A stretch of DNA of 64,000 nt from Candidatus Hydrogenedens sp. GTDB lineage: Bacteria; Hydrogenedentota; Hydrogenedentia; Hydrogenedentales; Hydrogenedentaceae. A program made the translations under genes and the position numbers. Shown here one piece after another: positions 39,489 to 49,321 of the stretch. Each line of letters starts with the position of its first letter. The first letter of the stretch is position 1. Below the pieces are notes generated by a model. It was not told the origin of the DNA. It saw only the letters and a list, made by a program, of their open reading frames with translations, and did not search any database. The stretch lies in the NCBI GenBank assembly GCA_049968235.1, contig JBMFRC010000002.1, positions 32,001 to 96,000 on the forward strand, given 5' to 3'.

Positions 39489-42083
39489 CTATAAATATCC
39501 TGCATTCTTTATATTAGATATAGCATCTTCGGGTAGTTCAATTTCCTTCCGTTCATTTTCATTCGTTAATGGTTTTTGACGAATGAATATATATGTATTA
39601 CCATCGTTGAGAATATCAGGTATATTTTCCCAATACAAATTTTCTCCAGGTAATATAAATTCATACTCACTTACTAGTTCACTAATTCTATCTCGAGAAA
39701 CTACTTTAAATTTCTCCGGACTTCTAAAACCTATTCTTAATTCCTGTTTCATATCTTTCGGATATACATATAGGGAATAAGTATCTGCAATTTGTGGATA
39801 ACTTATGGTTCCATATAAACAATCCATTTTCTCCGCTTTCTTATACCAGAACATTATATTATCGGGTATCACCGAAATCAGATTGGGTCCGGGACATATA
39901 AATACCTCATCAGGAATATTTGTTTTTTTCCCTTTCATCTCGATAACCCAACCTTCTCCACTAAAAAATCTATAGGAACTCATTTCCGCTAAAAATTGTT
40001 TTACAAGGATATTTTCCTTTTCAAAAAGATTGACACATTCTGCCGGGTCCTGTAATAAATCAAAAAAACTCACCTTTGATTCTCTAAAAGAACAAATAAC
40101 CTTATGTTTATCCGATATGAGGGCTTCTTCATTCTGATATTGATTCTGAACGAAAATTTTCCTTGGAGTATTATATTCTCCTTCTATAATCTTAGACAGG
40201 GATACGCCATCCAGATTTTCATAGCTTATATTTAAATTATCCAGTATCGTAGGGACAATATCTTCTAAACAAACCAGATTTTCTATTCGTCTCCCGGCAT
40301 ATATAGCATTGGGGAACTTTATCATCATAGGAACTCGTGCAGTATGTTCATATACATCTACATGCTCATAACGACCATGTTCCCCTAATGCTTCTCCGTA
40401 GTCAGCAATCACTACAATAACAGATTTATCATACAAACCCTGTTCTTCCAAAAAATTAAACAGGTCACCTAACGCGTAATCTACTTTTGCAACGCAATCA
40501 TCATATAACGCATTGATATATAAATTTTCGTAAAAACCTAATTTCCCTAATGTTGCCTGTATGTGGTTAAAAAAACTTCTTGGATTAGGCATACATTCCG
40601 CTGTTAATAATTCAGGAACTTCGAGTATATCGCTGAAGAAAAAAAATCGAGCGTCTTCAGAACTATATATTGTCGCAGGGGGAAACATTCGGGTATGCAC
40701 ATCATAATTGTGTAAAAACACGAAAAGATTGTTATATTTCATCTTTTTTATTTCGTTCTTTAATATTTCTTGTGTAGAAAAAACATCGCGTAGATATTCT
40801 GGTGGATAAAAGAAACTATCCATCCCTCGCATATACCCTCTGGAAGGCAAAAACCATGTCGTTGCTCCTACCAATCCTATGGAATAGTACCCTAATTCTT
40901 TTAAATATTCTCCCAATAACTTAACATTATCATAAGCAGGAAGTTCTGCATTAACTCCATGGTTCTTCGGGAATAGCCCCGTTAAAAGACTCATATGAGC
41001 CACTGGAGTAAAGGTGCGTGTTGTATATGCTCGTTCAAATAATACTGCCTCCTTTGCAAATCTATCCAGATTTGGACTTGTTGGCAATGAATAACCATAT
41101 GGTAACAAATGGTCTGCTCGCATTGTATCGCAAGAAATAATAAATACGGGCGGATATTGCTTTGTTGTATCATCGTCATTTCGAATAATGATAGGATTAC
41201 CCCATAACCCATATTCTTCAGGAATATTTATCGCTGTTTTTTTGGTAAAAACAATTTGTACTTCTTTCCCTGCAAATTTTGATAGGTCTAATTCTGTAAA
41301 TCGCCATCCCTGGTCATCCTCTTTTTCCATCGGATTCATCTGATGTTCATATATATGTTCTTTTCTCTCATCACACGATACATCAATGGAAAAAGTATAT
41401 TTTTGTTTACTCCATTCTTGAACATACTTCTTCTGAGATAATGCTCCTACCTTTAGGTTATATATACCTGTATACAGTAGTAATCTATCCCCTGTTTGTA
41501 TTTTTGTAGTAAATGTCCAGATATCCTCAGGAATACAATTCATACATAATCCATTAAGCATAAATTGTCCCAATTCTGAAGGCAAATATCTAACTAATTC
41601 AACATTTTTCAATTGCAACCCATTATTAATCTTTTCTAAATTTGCAACTTCAATAATAAATTTATTGGCACTATCAACTATAGGGTTGATTTTATCAGGA
41701 TATTTAATTTCAAAAGTATATTGATGTAATTTGCCATCTGCAATCAGAGGAAGCTTATCTTCAGAAAAAGAATTCGGTCCTTCTTTATTTGCAGAACTCC
41801 ATCCCCATCGGATAAAAGCATTTTTGTCTGAAACCATCTCTATTTTTATTAGTTTGTATAAACTTAAATCTAAATGTATTTCATATTCAAAAAGAATCTT
41901 TCCTACCTCGCTTTGCTTCATCTGCCATTGTTCTCCGGAAATAGTTAAGTCAGTTCTCGGAAACTTATCATTCCAATATTTATCCGTTAGTCGAATGACC
42001 AATCCATAAGATTCCGACCACAAAAATACACTTATAAAGAGAACTTTTATTCCTATCTTGATATTTACATATCTGTTAAACAT
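39489..42083 (-). CDS. Paralogous large secreted sulfatase-fold protein lacking the FGly motif, with the same unknown N-terminal domain
   Basis: VFIISCDTMRADHL, SPNLDRFAKEAVLFERAYTTRTFTPVAHMSLLTG, RWGWSS in the N-domain. Same architecture and collinear similarity to the 36825..39482 product. Confidence 0.7.
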   Translation of the reverse strand: MFNRYVNIKIGIKVLFISVFLWSESYGLVIRLTDKYWNDKFPRTDLTISGEQWQMKQSEVGKILFEYEIHLDLSLYKLIKIEMVSDKNAFIRWGWSSANKEGPNSFSEDKLPLIADGKLHQYTFEIKYPDKINPIVDSANKFIIEVANLEKINNGLQLKNVELVRYLPSELGQFMLNGLCMNCIPEDIWTFTTKIQTGDRLLLYTGIYNLKVGALSQKKYVQEWSKQKYTFSIDVSCDERKEHIYEHQMNPMEKEDDQGWRFTELDLSKFAGKEVQIVFTKKTAINIPEEYGLWGNPIIIRNDDDTTKQYPPVFIISCDTMRADHLLPYGYSLPTSPNLDRFAKEAVLFERAYTTRTFTPVAHMSLLTGLFPKNHGVNAELPAYDNVKLLGEYLKELGYYSIGLVGATTWFLPSRGYMRGMDSFFYPPEYLRDVFSTQEILKNEIKKMKYNNLFVFLHNYDVHTRMFPPATIYSSEDARFFFFSDILEVPELLTAECMPNPRSFFNHIQATLGKLGFYENLYINALYDDCVAKVDYALGDLFNFLEEQGLYDKSVIVVIADYGEALGEHGRYEHVDVYEHTARVPMMIKFPNAIYAGRRIENLVCLEDIVPTILDNLNISYENLDGVSLSKIIEGEYNTPRKIFVQNQYQNEEALISDKHKVICSFRESKVSFFDLLQDPAECVNLFEKENILVKQFLAEMSSYRFFSGEGWVIEMKGKKTNIPDEVFICPGPNLISVIPDNIMFWYKKAEKMDCLYGTISYPQIADTYSLYVYPKDMKQELRIGFRSPEKFKVVSRDRISELVSEYEFILPGENLYWENIPDILNDGNTYIFIRQKPLTNENERKEIELPEDAISNIKNAGYL

Positions 42084-42211
42084 TGTATAACTTCTATTTT
42101 TACTTCATGTATATTTCGTTATTTACATATATTATGATATAAAATTATATCCCAACATAGAAAAAACCGTTTTATACCCTGAAAGATATTCGTATAATAA
42201 TACTTCTTCTT

Positions 42212-43339
42212 TTGGTTGACGATGAAAAAGTAGATTATCCAATGTCCCCAATAAATAAAAAAACTATCATAAAAACAATTATTATAAACATCTCCGTTTT
42301 ATTGATTATATGTCTTTTTATTTGTTTCTTATTTTTACCTTTTGAAATATTCCTTCGCTTTAAGTATAAAGGAAATGAAAGAGTCATGTTAACCTCTCCC
42401 CCCATTATCGTCTGCTCTGAACAGGGGAGGGAAATCGCTAAGGGAGTTAAAGGAGAAGGCACAATAACTGTTAGAGACAATCCTCATATTTTTTATTTTG
42501 AAACCGACACAAAAGGAAGAAGAGTTACTCCTCAACCGAGCATTGATAATAAAGAATTTAATTGTTTATTTTTTGGCTGTTCTTTTACCTTCGGAACAGG
42601 TGTGAATAATGACCAGACCTTGCCTTATTATTTTGGGCAACTACATCCCGAAATAGAAGTATACAATTATGGAATTCCTGGAGGTTCTCCACAAGAAATA
42701 TATCTTCAATCTACTCATTCTGAAATTTTTGCAGATATCCCCACCAAACCCACAATTGTGATATATACTTTCATCTCTGACCATTTACGAAGATTGAAAG
42801 GCACAATAAATTTAATATTCAGAGCCCCTAAATGGGTTGGCTGTTTACCAGAATTGGAGATTGTTAATACCAAAGTGATTAATAAAGGCAAATTCGAGAA
42901 AACACATCCTTATTTGTTTTCTTTTGCCAATATAATAAGCAACTCTCTTGTAATAAAACAGATGATAAATTACACTCAGATGGATTATCCATCACCTTTT
43001 ACAAACGAAAATTATGACTTTTTATGTAACTTGCTAAATGAAACGAGAAATCAATTATCTATTCAGTTTCCTAATTTATATTTTGTGATATTTATCTATC
43101 CCGAACATTGTTTTACCCCTAACACCTGCCCTAATTTAGATTATTTCATAAATATCCTTAATATGAGAAAAGAGTTAATGTTAATTTCCTGCGAAGAAAA
43201 GAAAATGATAGAAAATTATTCCCAACTCAAATCCTCCGGAAAACATATAATTTTAGATGGACATCCCAGTCCGGAATGTTACAAATTATTTGCGGAATGG
43301 ATAAGTAATGGACTGAAAAATAAGGGAATTATTCCATAA
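42212..43339 (+). CDS. Hypothetical membrane-anchored protein; possibly an SGNH/GDSL-like hydrolase fold
   Basis: N-terminal TM helix. The FFGCSFTFGTGVNND block resembles SGNH block I. No firm family assignment. Confidence 0.4.
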   Translation: MVDDEKVDYPMSPINKKTIIKTIIINISVLLIICLFICFLFLPFEIFLRFKYKGNERVMLTSPPIIVCSEQGREIAKGVKGEGTITVRDNPHIFYFETDTKGRRVTPQPSIDNKEFNCLFFGCSFTFGTGVNNDQTLPYYFGQLHPEIEVYNYGIPGGSPQEIYLQSTHSEIFADIPTKPTIVIYTFISDHLRRLKGTINLIFRAPKWVGCLPELEIVNTKVINKGKFEKTHPYLFSFANIISNSLVIKQMINYTQMDYPSPFTNENYDFLCNLLNETRNQLSIQFPNLYFVIFIYPEHCFTPNTCPNLDYFINILNMRKELMLISCEEKKMIENYSQLKSSGKHIILDGHPSPECYKLFAEWISNGLKNKGIIP

Positions 43340-45760
43340 CTATTTTGATAAAACCTGCTGAATAATTTCCTTCAGATTTTCAAAACGATAGGGTTTTTGA
43401 ATATACCCTGAGAATAAATCTATTTTTACTTTATTGATAATTTGTTCGTGAGGGTAGCCACTGGTCAAAATAACCGGGATTTCTTCTCTCATTTTCTTCA
43501 TTTCCATACATGCTTCAACACCATCTGCATGAGGCATTGTTAAATCTAAAAAGACACACTTAATATCCTCTTTATGCTTTTTAAATAATTGAATTGCTTC
43601 TTTCCCATCAATAGCAGATAATACTTCAAAGCCTAAGTATTCCAACATCCGCTGAGTAATGGCTCGAACAGTATCTTCATCTTCAGCCAACAGGAGTTTC
43701 CCTTCATACCGAAACTCTTTTGCTTCTTCTGTAAAGATGGTCTCTTTCTCTTCCATCCATTCAATAGCTGGTAAAAATATCTTAAAAGCGGTTCCTCTCC
43801 CTTTCTCTGAATAAACCTTTATCCCGCCATGATGACTTTTTATTGTACCTAAAACAGAAACCAATCCAAGTCCACGACCTGTGAATTTCGTTGAATAAAA
43901 AGGTTCAAAAATACGTTTCCGAGTTTCTTCATCCATTCCACATCCGGTATCTACAACTTCCACAACCACATACAGACCTTCTTTCAATTCTCCGGGCAAA
44001 AAGAGGGTATCTAAATACTTACTATCACAAAAGGAAGCCGATGTCCGAACAATTATCATACCGCTTCTATTTCCAATCGCTTCATTGGAATTAATAACAA
44101 GATTCATGATAACCTGTGATAGTTGTGTAGCATCCCCTTCTACCATAGGTATCTGTTCCGCTAAATCCAATTTCAATACTACCTTTTTAGAAATAGAAGA
44201 TTTGATAATTTGTAGCATCTCTTCTATCATCTTATTTAAATTCACACGTTTCGTTAATAGTTTTCTTCTGCCCGCATAAGAAAGCATCTGTTGAGCAAGT
44301 TCAGACCCTTTTTTCCCTGCAATAATAATGCTATTCAAATATTCTCTTGCAGTAGAAATTTCTGGAAGTTCGTGAAGAGCAAGTTCTGCGCTACCTATCA
44401 TTGCCATTAATATATTATTAAAATCATGAGCCACTCCCCCTGCCAATGTCTCTAAACTCTGAATTTTCTGCACCTGGTGCATTCGTTCTTGCATTTGTTT
44501 TCGCTGTTGTTCTAATTTTTTCTGTTCACGAATATCAATAATTCCCCCAATAATCCCATCTTCCGGGCATTGTGGGTTTCTCAACGCTGCATTAATACGA
44601 ATGTCGATAAATTCCCCATTCTTATCTTTCCATCGAGTATCAACCCAATTCATATTATTATCCGTTAATCCTTCATATAACTCTTTCTCCACACGATTAA
44701 ATTCTTCGTCCGTCTCATAATATTTCCTTGTTGAACTACCTATCATCTCTTCCTTTGAATATCCTAGAATTTGACACATCCGGTCATTACACCACTCTAT
44801 TACCCGATTCCTGACAAAAACTACACCAAAAGGTGTTGTTTGCATCATACTATTTAATAATTGTTCATCCCTTTCTATTATCTCCTGGGCTCTTTTTATT
44901 TCCGTTATATCACCATAAGTCCCCAATATACCAATAATATTATTATCCCTATCTCGTAAAGGTACCTTACTTACATATAACCATCTCACTTCTCCAGAAG
45001 CACGTGTATGTTTTTCCTCAAAATTTAATAGGGGTTCCCCACTTTCCATAATTCTACGGTCTATTTCACGGAAGCCATCTGATTCTTCCTTTGTCCATGG
45101 CAGGTCATAATCCGTTTTACCGATTACCTCCTCGGGTGAGGAACAATTTGCATCCTTAGCAAATTGTAGATTACAACCTAAAAACACTCCATTTTTATCC
45201 TTCCAGAAAACTGCTTGAGGAATATTTTCAATAATTGTTTTTGTCAGCGAGACCTGAGTATCTCTATCTTTTTGAATATTGACAAGTCGGTCTATATTAA
45301 TGGCAATCTCAATTCTTGCCATCTTTCCATTTTCCCACGGAATTGCAAAATCAACACATTGGAAAAAAGAACCCGTTCGTGTATTCTGGAATAACCAAAC
45401 ATAGGGAGCATTCGGTTCTCCTTTCTCATTAAGTAACCGGTCGTTCGTACAAAAACTACACGGTGCTATTTGCCCCTTTTGTAATATTTCGTAACATTTT
45501 TTCCCTACGATTCCTTCTCCAAACGTTTTTTCTAAATACTCATTTACAGCCAATATTTCATAAGTATCCATATCCGATACATATACTGCTGTATCTATAG
45601 CACTCATACTTTGAAATAATGGCTTTAAATCTGACCGGGTATAAAAATTTTTTTCTTGACCCATTAAGATATTTTTTATCTCTTCCGCCTGTGATTTCCA
45701 ATGAAGTATTTCTTTTATCAGTTCTTCTTTTGTTTTTTTAAAAAACTCTTCTATTTCCAT
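43340..45760 (-). CDS. Hybrid sensor histidine kinase with multiple PAS domains and a C-terminal receiver
   Basis: H-box AHDFNNILMAMIGSAELA. DTGCGM and GRGLGLVSV. Receiver with LLLAEDED, VFLDLTMPHADG, ILTSG and QKPY. Confidence 0.8.
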   Translation of the reverse strand: MEIEEFFKKTKEELIKEILHWKSQAEEIKNILMGQEKNFYTRSDLKPLFQSMSAIDTAVYVSDMDTYEILAVNEYLEKTFGEGIVGKKCYEILQKGQIAPCSFCTNDRLLNEKGEPNAPYVWLFQNTRTGSFFQCVDFAIPWENGKMARIEIAINIDRLVNIQKDRDTQVSLTKTIIENIPQAVFWKDKNGVFLGCNLQFAKDANCSSPEEVIGKTDYDLPWTKEESDGFREIDRRIMESGEPLLNFEEKHTRASGEVRWLYVSKVPLRDRDNNIIGILGTYGDITEIKRAQEIIERDEQLLNSMMQTTPFGVVFVRNRVIEWCNDRMCQILGYSKEEMIGSSTRKYYETDEEFNRVEKELYEGLTDNNMNWVDTRWKDKNGEFIDIRINAALRNPQCPEDGIIGGIIDIREQKKLEQQRKQMQERMHQVQKIQSLETLAGGVAHDFNNILMAMIGSAELALHELPEISTAREYLNSIIIAGKKGSELAQQMLSYAGRRKLLTKRVNLNKMIEEMLQIIKSSISKKVVLKLDLAEQIPMVEGDATQLSQVIMNLVINSNEAIGNRSGMIIVRTSASFCDSKYLDTLFLPGELKEGLYVVVEVVDTGCGMDEETRKRIFEPFYSTKFTGRGLGLVSVLGTIKSHHGGIKVYSEKGRGTAFKIFLPAIEWMEEKETIFTEEAKEFRYEGKLLLAEDEDTVRAITQRMLEYLGFEVLSAIDGKEAIQLFKKHKEDIKCVFLDLTMPHADGVEACMEMKKMREEIPVILTSGYPHEQIINKVKIDLFSGYIQKPYRFENLKEIIQQVLSK

Positions 45761-45852
45761 TCACATCCCTTTACTTTTTGTTTACCAAATCTCTACTAAT
45801 TATAGTTATTATATATGTAATCTATCGAAATAACAACCCGACATAAATACAA

Positions 45853-47985
45853 ATGCTTGTAAATATTTTATTACTATTAAACACACTTATTCATGGTACT
45901 AATATCTGGATAGAACCGTCGTGGGTATCTACCAACCTTCCCCAACCATCTCCCAATTCTCATTATGAAGCACAAATTTTTTCTGCAAAAGGCGAAGCAG
46001 AATCTATTCATGTCCATATCGTTGCCGATAAAGACGACCTGAATAATTTATCCTGTGTTTTTGATAAAATGCCTGAAAATTTCCCCAATCCATTGTTATA
46101 CCAGGTATTACCTATACAGGGAGTTCCTCTTCCACAGGGGGGTATGGACCGAAGTCTTATATTTTTAGATATTCTAAAACCTTTCCAACCATTTAATCTC
46201 CTAAAAGGGCAAAAAGCAGTCTTCTGGATAACATTTCAAACCCCACGAACCATAAAAACAGGAATATATAAGACAGAATTGCAAATTAATGTGGAAGAAA
46301 AGAAACTGAAACGTATTCCTATTACCATTGAGGTTTTTGATTTTGAAATTCCGCGAACACCTTCTCTACCTGCTATTAGTTTTTTGGATTGGCAAATATT
46401 ACTACGAACAAATCCTCAATCTAAGTTATCCGATGATTTCTGGAAAAATCTTTTTAATTTTGTATATGACAAACGGCTTCAACTTTCATTAGGATCCTAT
46501 CTACAAAATCTCAACACGGATACTTTCACTATTCCTGAAAATTTGTGGAGAAACTATGTTAATTATATAAAAGAATACCATTCGCAGAATATCATAGACA
46601 TAACACCTCTACTATTACCTCCGGGTCCTCTGGAAACCGTTCGCACACTTTCAAAAAATGAAGAAAATATGATAAATGACATAAGGGGTATAAATAATGT
46701 CGCTATGGGAGCCCTTTTTTTTATGCCAAAAGATACCGGAGAAAATGACGCTTTACGACGATATTTAAGTTCCCTTTCCGAACAACTTCCTCTTGTCACA
46801 AGGATTTTTTGTGGTATTCCCTTACCCCAGTTTAATTTTTTTACAGACATCTGGGCTTTGCCTTTTTCTTCATTTGCCCCGGGATTAATGGAACGATTCG
46901 CAAAAGGTCTATCTATTGCAGATGAAATTACGTTTCCTATTAAGTCTATTTCTTCTTCCACTACCGGATTCATTCCCGGTTCTTATCCTCCTATTTTAAG
47001 TTCTCCATGGCAAGCCATAGATGCATGTATCTATACGGGATGGCTATCCTACCCGGCAGAAAAAGAGGGCAAAAAGGAATGGATAGAGATACAATTGAAA
47101 GAAAAAGTAATTGGTAATAAAATAGCCATTATTTGGGGTCCTGCCCAAATTCCCCAATCTATCGATATTCTAACTTCAAGAGATGGTATTCACTTTCTAA
47201 CATCCTCCGTAAATTGGAAACATATATCAGGGACTCTTTTTGACCCTGCTATATCATACGGAACTTTTAAATACAATCCCGACTTTTCTGCTATCCGTTT
47301 TGAATTTTCCCGAATTAAGAAAGGTGAATTTGTATATATTAAAGAGATACGGCTAAACCCAGATGAACAGAGTAAAGAACCTCGCACGGCTCCTGTAATT
47401 ACCCCGTGGTTATGGATTAATCCAGAGCAATATCCCTCACTTCGCTATGATTCCGCATCCATAGAACCCCGTATTATTCCATGGATATGCTGGAATTATG
47501 GCTTTAGAGGTATTATTCTCACTCCTCTGATTTCATGGGGCAATATTGTTACAAGACCCCAAAACATGGAAACTTTCCTATTTCAACCTCAAGACACATT
47601 ACAAATGTCTACTTTGCTTTATCCTGCAAAAGATACCTATCTACACTCTATTCGTTTAGAACGGCTCCGTGATGGATTGGAAGATTTTGAATATCTATTA
47701 CTTCTCGCTCAAAAAGCACAATCCCAAAAAATAATTAATAAAGAATGCTACAATTATCTAACTATGCAACTTGAAAAATTTGTTCCATGGAATGTTGTTC
47801 AGGAGGATTTTGCAAAAGAATTGATGATGAAAAGACTTTCTATTGGATATGAATTAAGCAACAGAGAATCCCCTTATAAACACGAAAAAAAAGAATTCTC
47901 ACCTAAAAAAGACAACGGAGAAATGGTTCGCATTTCCCCAAAAGTACAAAAAAACTTTTCTATCCGTCAAAAAACCACAGAATAA
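45853..47985 (+). CDS. Hypothetical secreted protein with an F5/8 type C (discoidin)-like domain; possibly DUF4091 glycoside-hydrolase-like
   Basis: Signal peptide. The segment WQAIDACIYTGWLSYPAEKEGKKEWIEIQLKEKVIGNKIAIIWG...SRDGIHF fits a discoidin beta-sandwich. N-terminal YEAQIFSAKGEAESIHVHIV resembles DUF4091 starts. Function unknown. Confidence 0.45.
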   Translation: MLVNILLLLNTLIHGTNIWIEPSWVSTNLPQPSPNSHYEAQIFSAKGEAESIHVHIVADKDDLNNLSCVFDKMPENFPNPLLYQVLPIQGVPLPQGGMDRSLIFLDILKPFQPFNLLKGQKAVFWITFQTPRTIKTGIYKTELQINVEEKKLKRIPITIEVFDFEIPRTPSLPAISFLDWQILLRTNPQSKLSDDFWKNLFNFVYDKRLQLSLGSYLQNLNTDTFTIPENLWRNYVNYIKEYHSQNIIDITPLLLPPGPLETVRTLSKNEENMINDIRGINNVAMGALFFMPKDTGENDALRRYLSSLSEQLPLVTRIFCGIPLPQFNFFTDIWALPFSSFAPGLMERFAKGLSIADEITFPIKSISSSTTGFIPGSYPPILSSPWQAIDACIYTGWLSYPAEKEGKKEWIEIQLKEKVIGNKIAIIWGPAQIPQSIDILTSRDGIHFLTSSVNWKHISGTLFDPAISYGTFKYNPDFSAIRFEFSRIKKGEFVYIKEIRLNPDEQSKEPRTAPVITPWLWINPEQYPSLRYDSASIEPRIIPWICWNYGFRGIILTPLISWGNIVTRPQNMETFLFQPQDTLQMSTLLYPAKDTYLHSIRLERLRDGLEDFEYLLLLAQKAQSQKIINKECYNYLTMQLEKFVPWNVVQEDFAKELMMKRLSIGYELSNRESPYKHEKKEFSPKKDNGEMVRISPKVQKNFSIRQKTTE

Positions 47986-47999
47986 CGAACACGGTAAAA

Positions 48000-49112
48000 T
48001 TATTCCAAATTCATTTCCAACTGTAAATTTGTCCCTGTCTTTACCCAGGCATTTGTTACGATGACTTTTGTATTTCCCTCTCCTCTTGTCCGAACCAGCA
48101 ACGAAGAACGAGGTTCCAATCGGTATGTTCCTCCTGCCACAGGACCTATTAGTTTCAATGACCATGGGATATCCGATACATTTTCTATTTGCATTTGTCC
48201 TTCTTTCTTTTTGGGATTGGTTATCCGTATTTTTCCGAAATGGACACAGGAAAGAAATAACTTTGAAACCCATTCTTCCCTGCCATTAATCAAATCCGCT
48301 ATCCATACAACAGTCCGTTTATTGTCTAAGGCTTCACGAATTCCCTGCTCTGTTTTTTCCTTAGCAAACACTAAAGTCATGGGTCTTTGAAATTTATCCA
48401 ATTGAAATTCTCCCATAATTAACCCATGCAAGTCACTGTTACCCATCATTGTAAGGTTATTTTCCAAAGCCCAATCTATTACATGCGGATACCAATCCGA
48501 ACCATTGGATATTTCCACTCCGTGCAGGTACCCTTTTTCTAACAATTTCTTCTGAAATTTAAATTGATTCCTGGTTGCAGAATTCCAATCCGGATGATTC
48601 CATTGAATAAAAGCGCCCTGTTTAACTGCATTCTCAATTGCTGTAAATGGGTCTTCATTATCAACAAGGTTTACATCTTTCAGAAATAAAGCATTATAAT
48701 GTCCATAAGGTTCGTCGCGTGTGATTTCCCCACCTTTGATTAAAATAATTCCATACCATTCTCCCGCACTTTGTGCTACTTCATACGATGAATTATCATC
48801 TCCCGTTAAAAATGGTCTGGACCTACCGTTTTCTATATGGTCTGTAATAGCAATCGCATCTAAACCTGTTGCCCACGCTTCTATAACCCGTAAATCGGGC
48901 CAAACACGACCATCAGAAAAAACGGTATGCATATGGAAATCACATTTTAATGTTATAAATTCCTCTACATTAGGAACCATCACCTCGTGTCGAATTATAG
49001 GTCGTTCCAACTGTGTAATAGTGATAGGAGAGATATTGGCCGCAAAAATCATTAACGACATCGTTACAAGAAAAATTACCAAAATAGCTATTTGCTTTAC
49101 CTGTTTAATCAT
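48000..49112 (-). CDS. PHP domain-containing metal-dependent phosphoesterase with an N-terminal TM/signal
   Basis: CDFHMHTVFSDGRVWPDLRVIEAWATGLDAIAITDHIE is the PHP His-cluster motif. Confidence 0.65.
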   Translation of the reverse strand: MIKQVKQIAILVIFLVTMSLMIFAANISPITITQLERPIIRHEVMVPNVEEFITLKCDFHMHTVFSDGRVWPDLRVIEAWATGLDAIAITDHIENGRSRPFLTGDDNSSYEVAQSAGEWYGIILIKGGEITRDEPYGHYNALFLKDVNLVDNEDPFTAIENAVKQGAFIQWNHPDWNSATRNQFKFQKKLLEKGYLHGVEISNGSDWYPHVIDWALENNLTMMGNSDLHGLIMGEFQLDKFQRPMTLVFAKEKTEQGIREALDNKRTVVWIADLINGREEWVSKLFLSCVHFGKIRITNPKKKEGQMQIENVSDIPWSLKLIGPVAGGTYRLEPRSSLLVRTRGEGNTKVIVTNAWVKTGTNLQLEMNLE

Positions 49113-49321
49113 TCGTTGTCTCCTTATGGTAAAGAATTTAAAAATACTCCTGTGATTAGACTGTAAAAAAATTTTTATGTTTCAAATAAGAAATAATAGC
49201 ACATACAAAAATAAAAAAAAATTTACTTATTTATCCCAGCTATCTTATCCGCTTTACCACCCGTCAGATGGGCATCCATCTATTCTATTCCTTTATCAGA
49301 AACAACTCTAATTTCGATTTT

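Noticed and set aside
49265-49290. Short hairpin AGATGG-GCAT-CCATCT downstream of the D-aminoacylase gene
   Set aside because: The stem is only 6 bp and no U-tract follows on the minus strand, so it is weak as a terminator.
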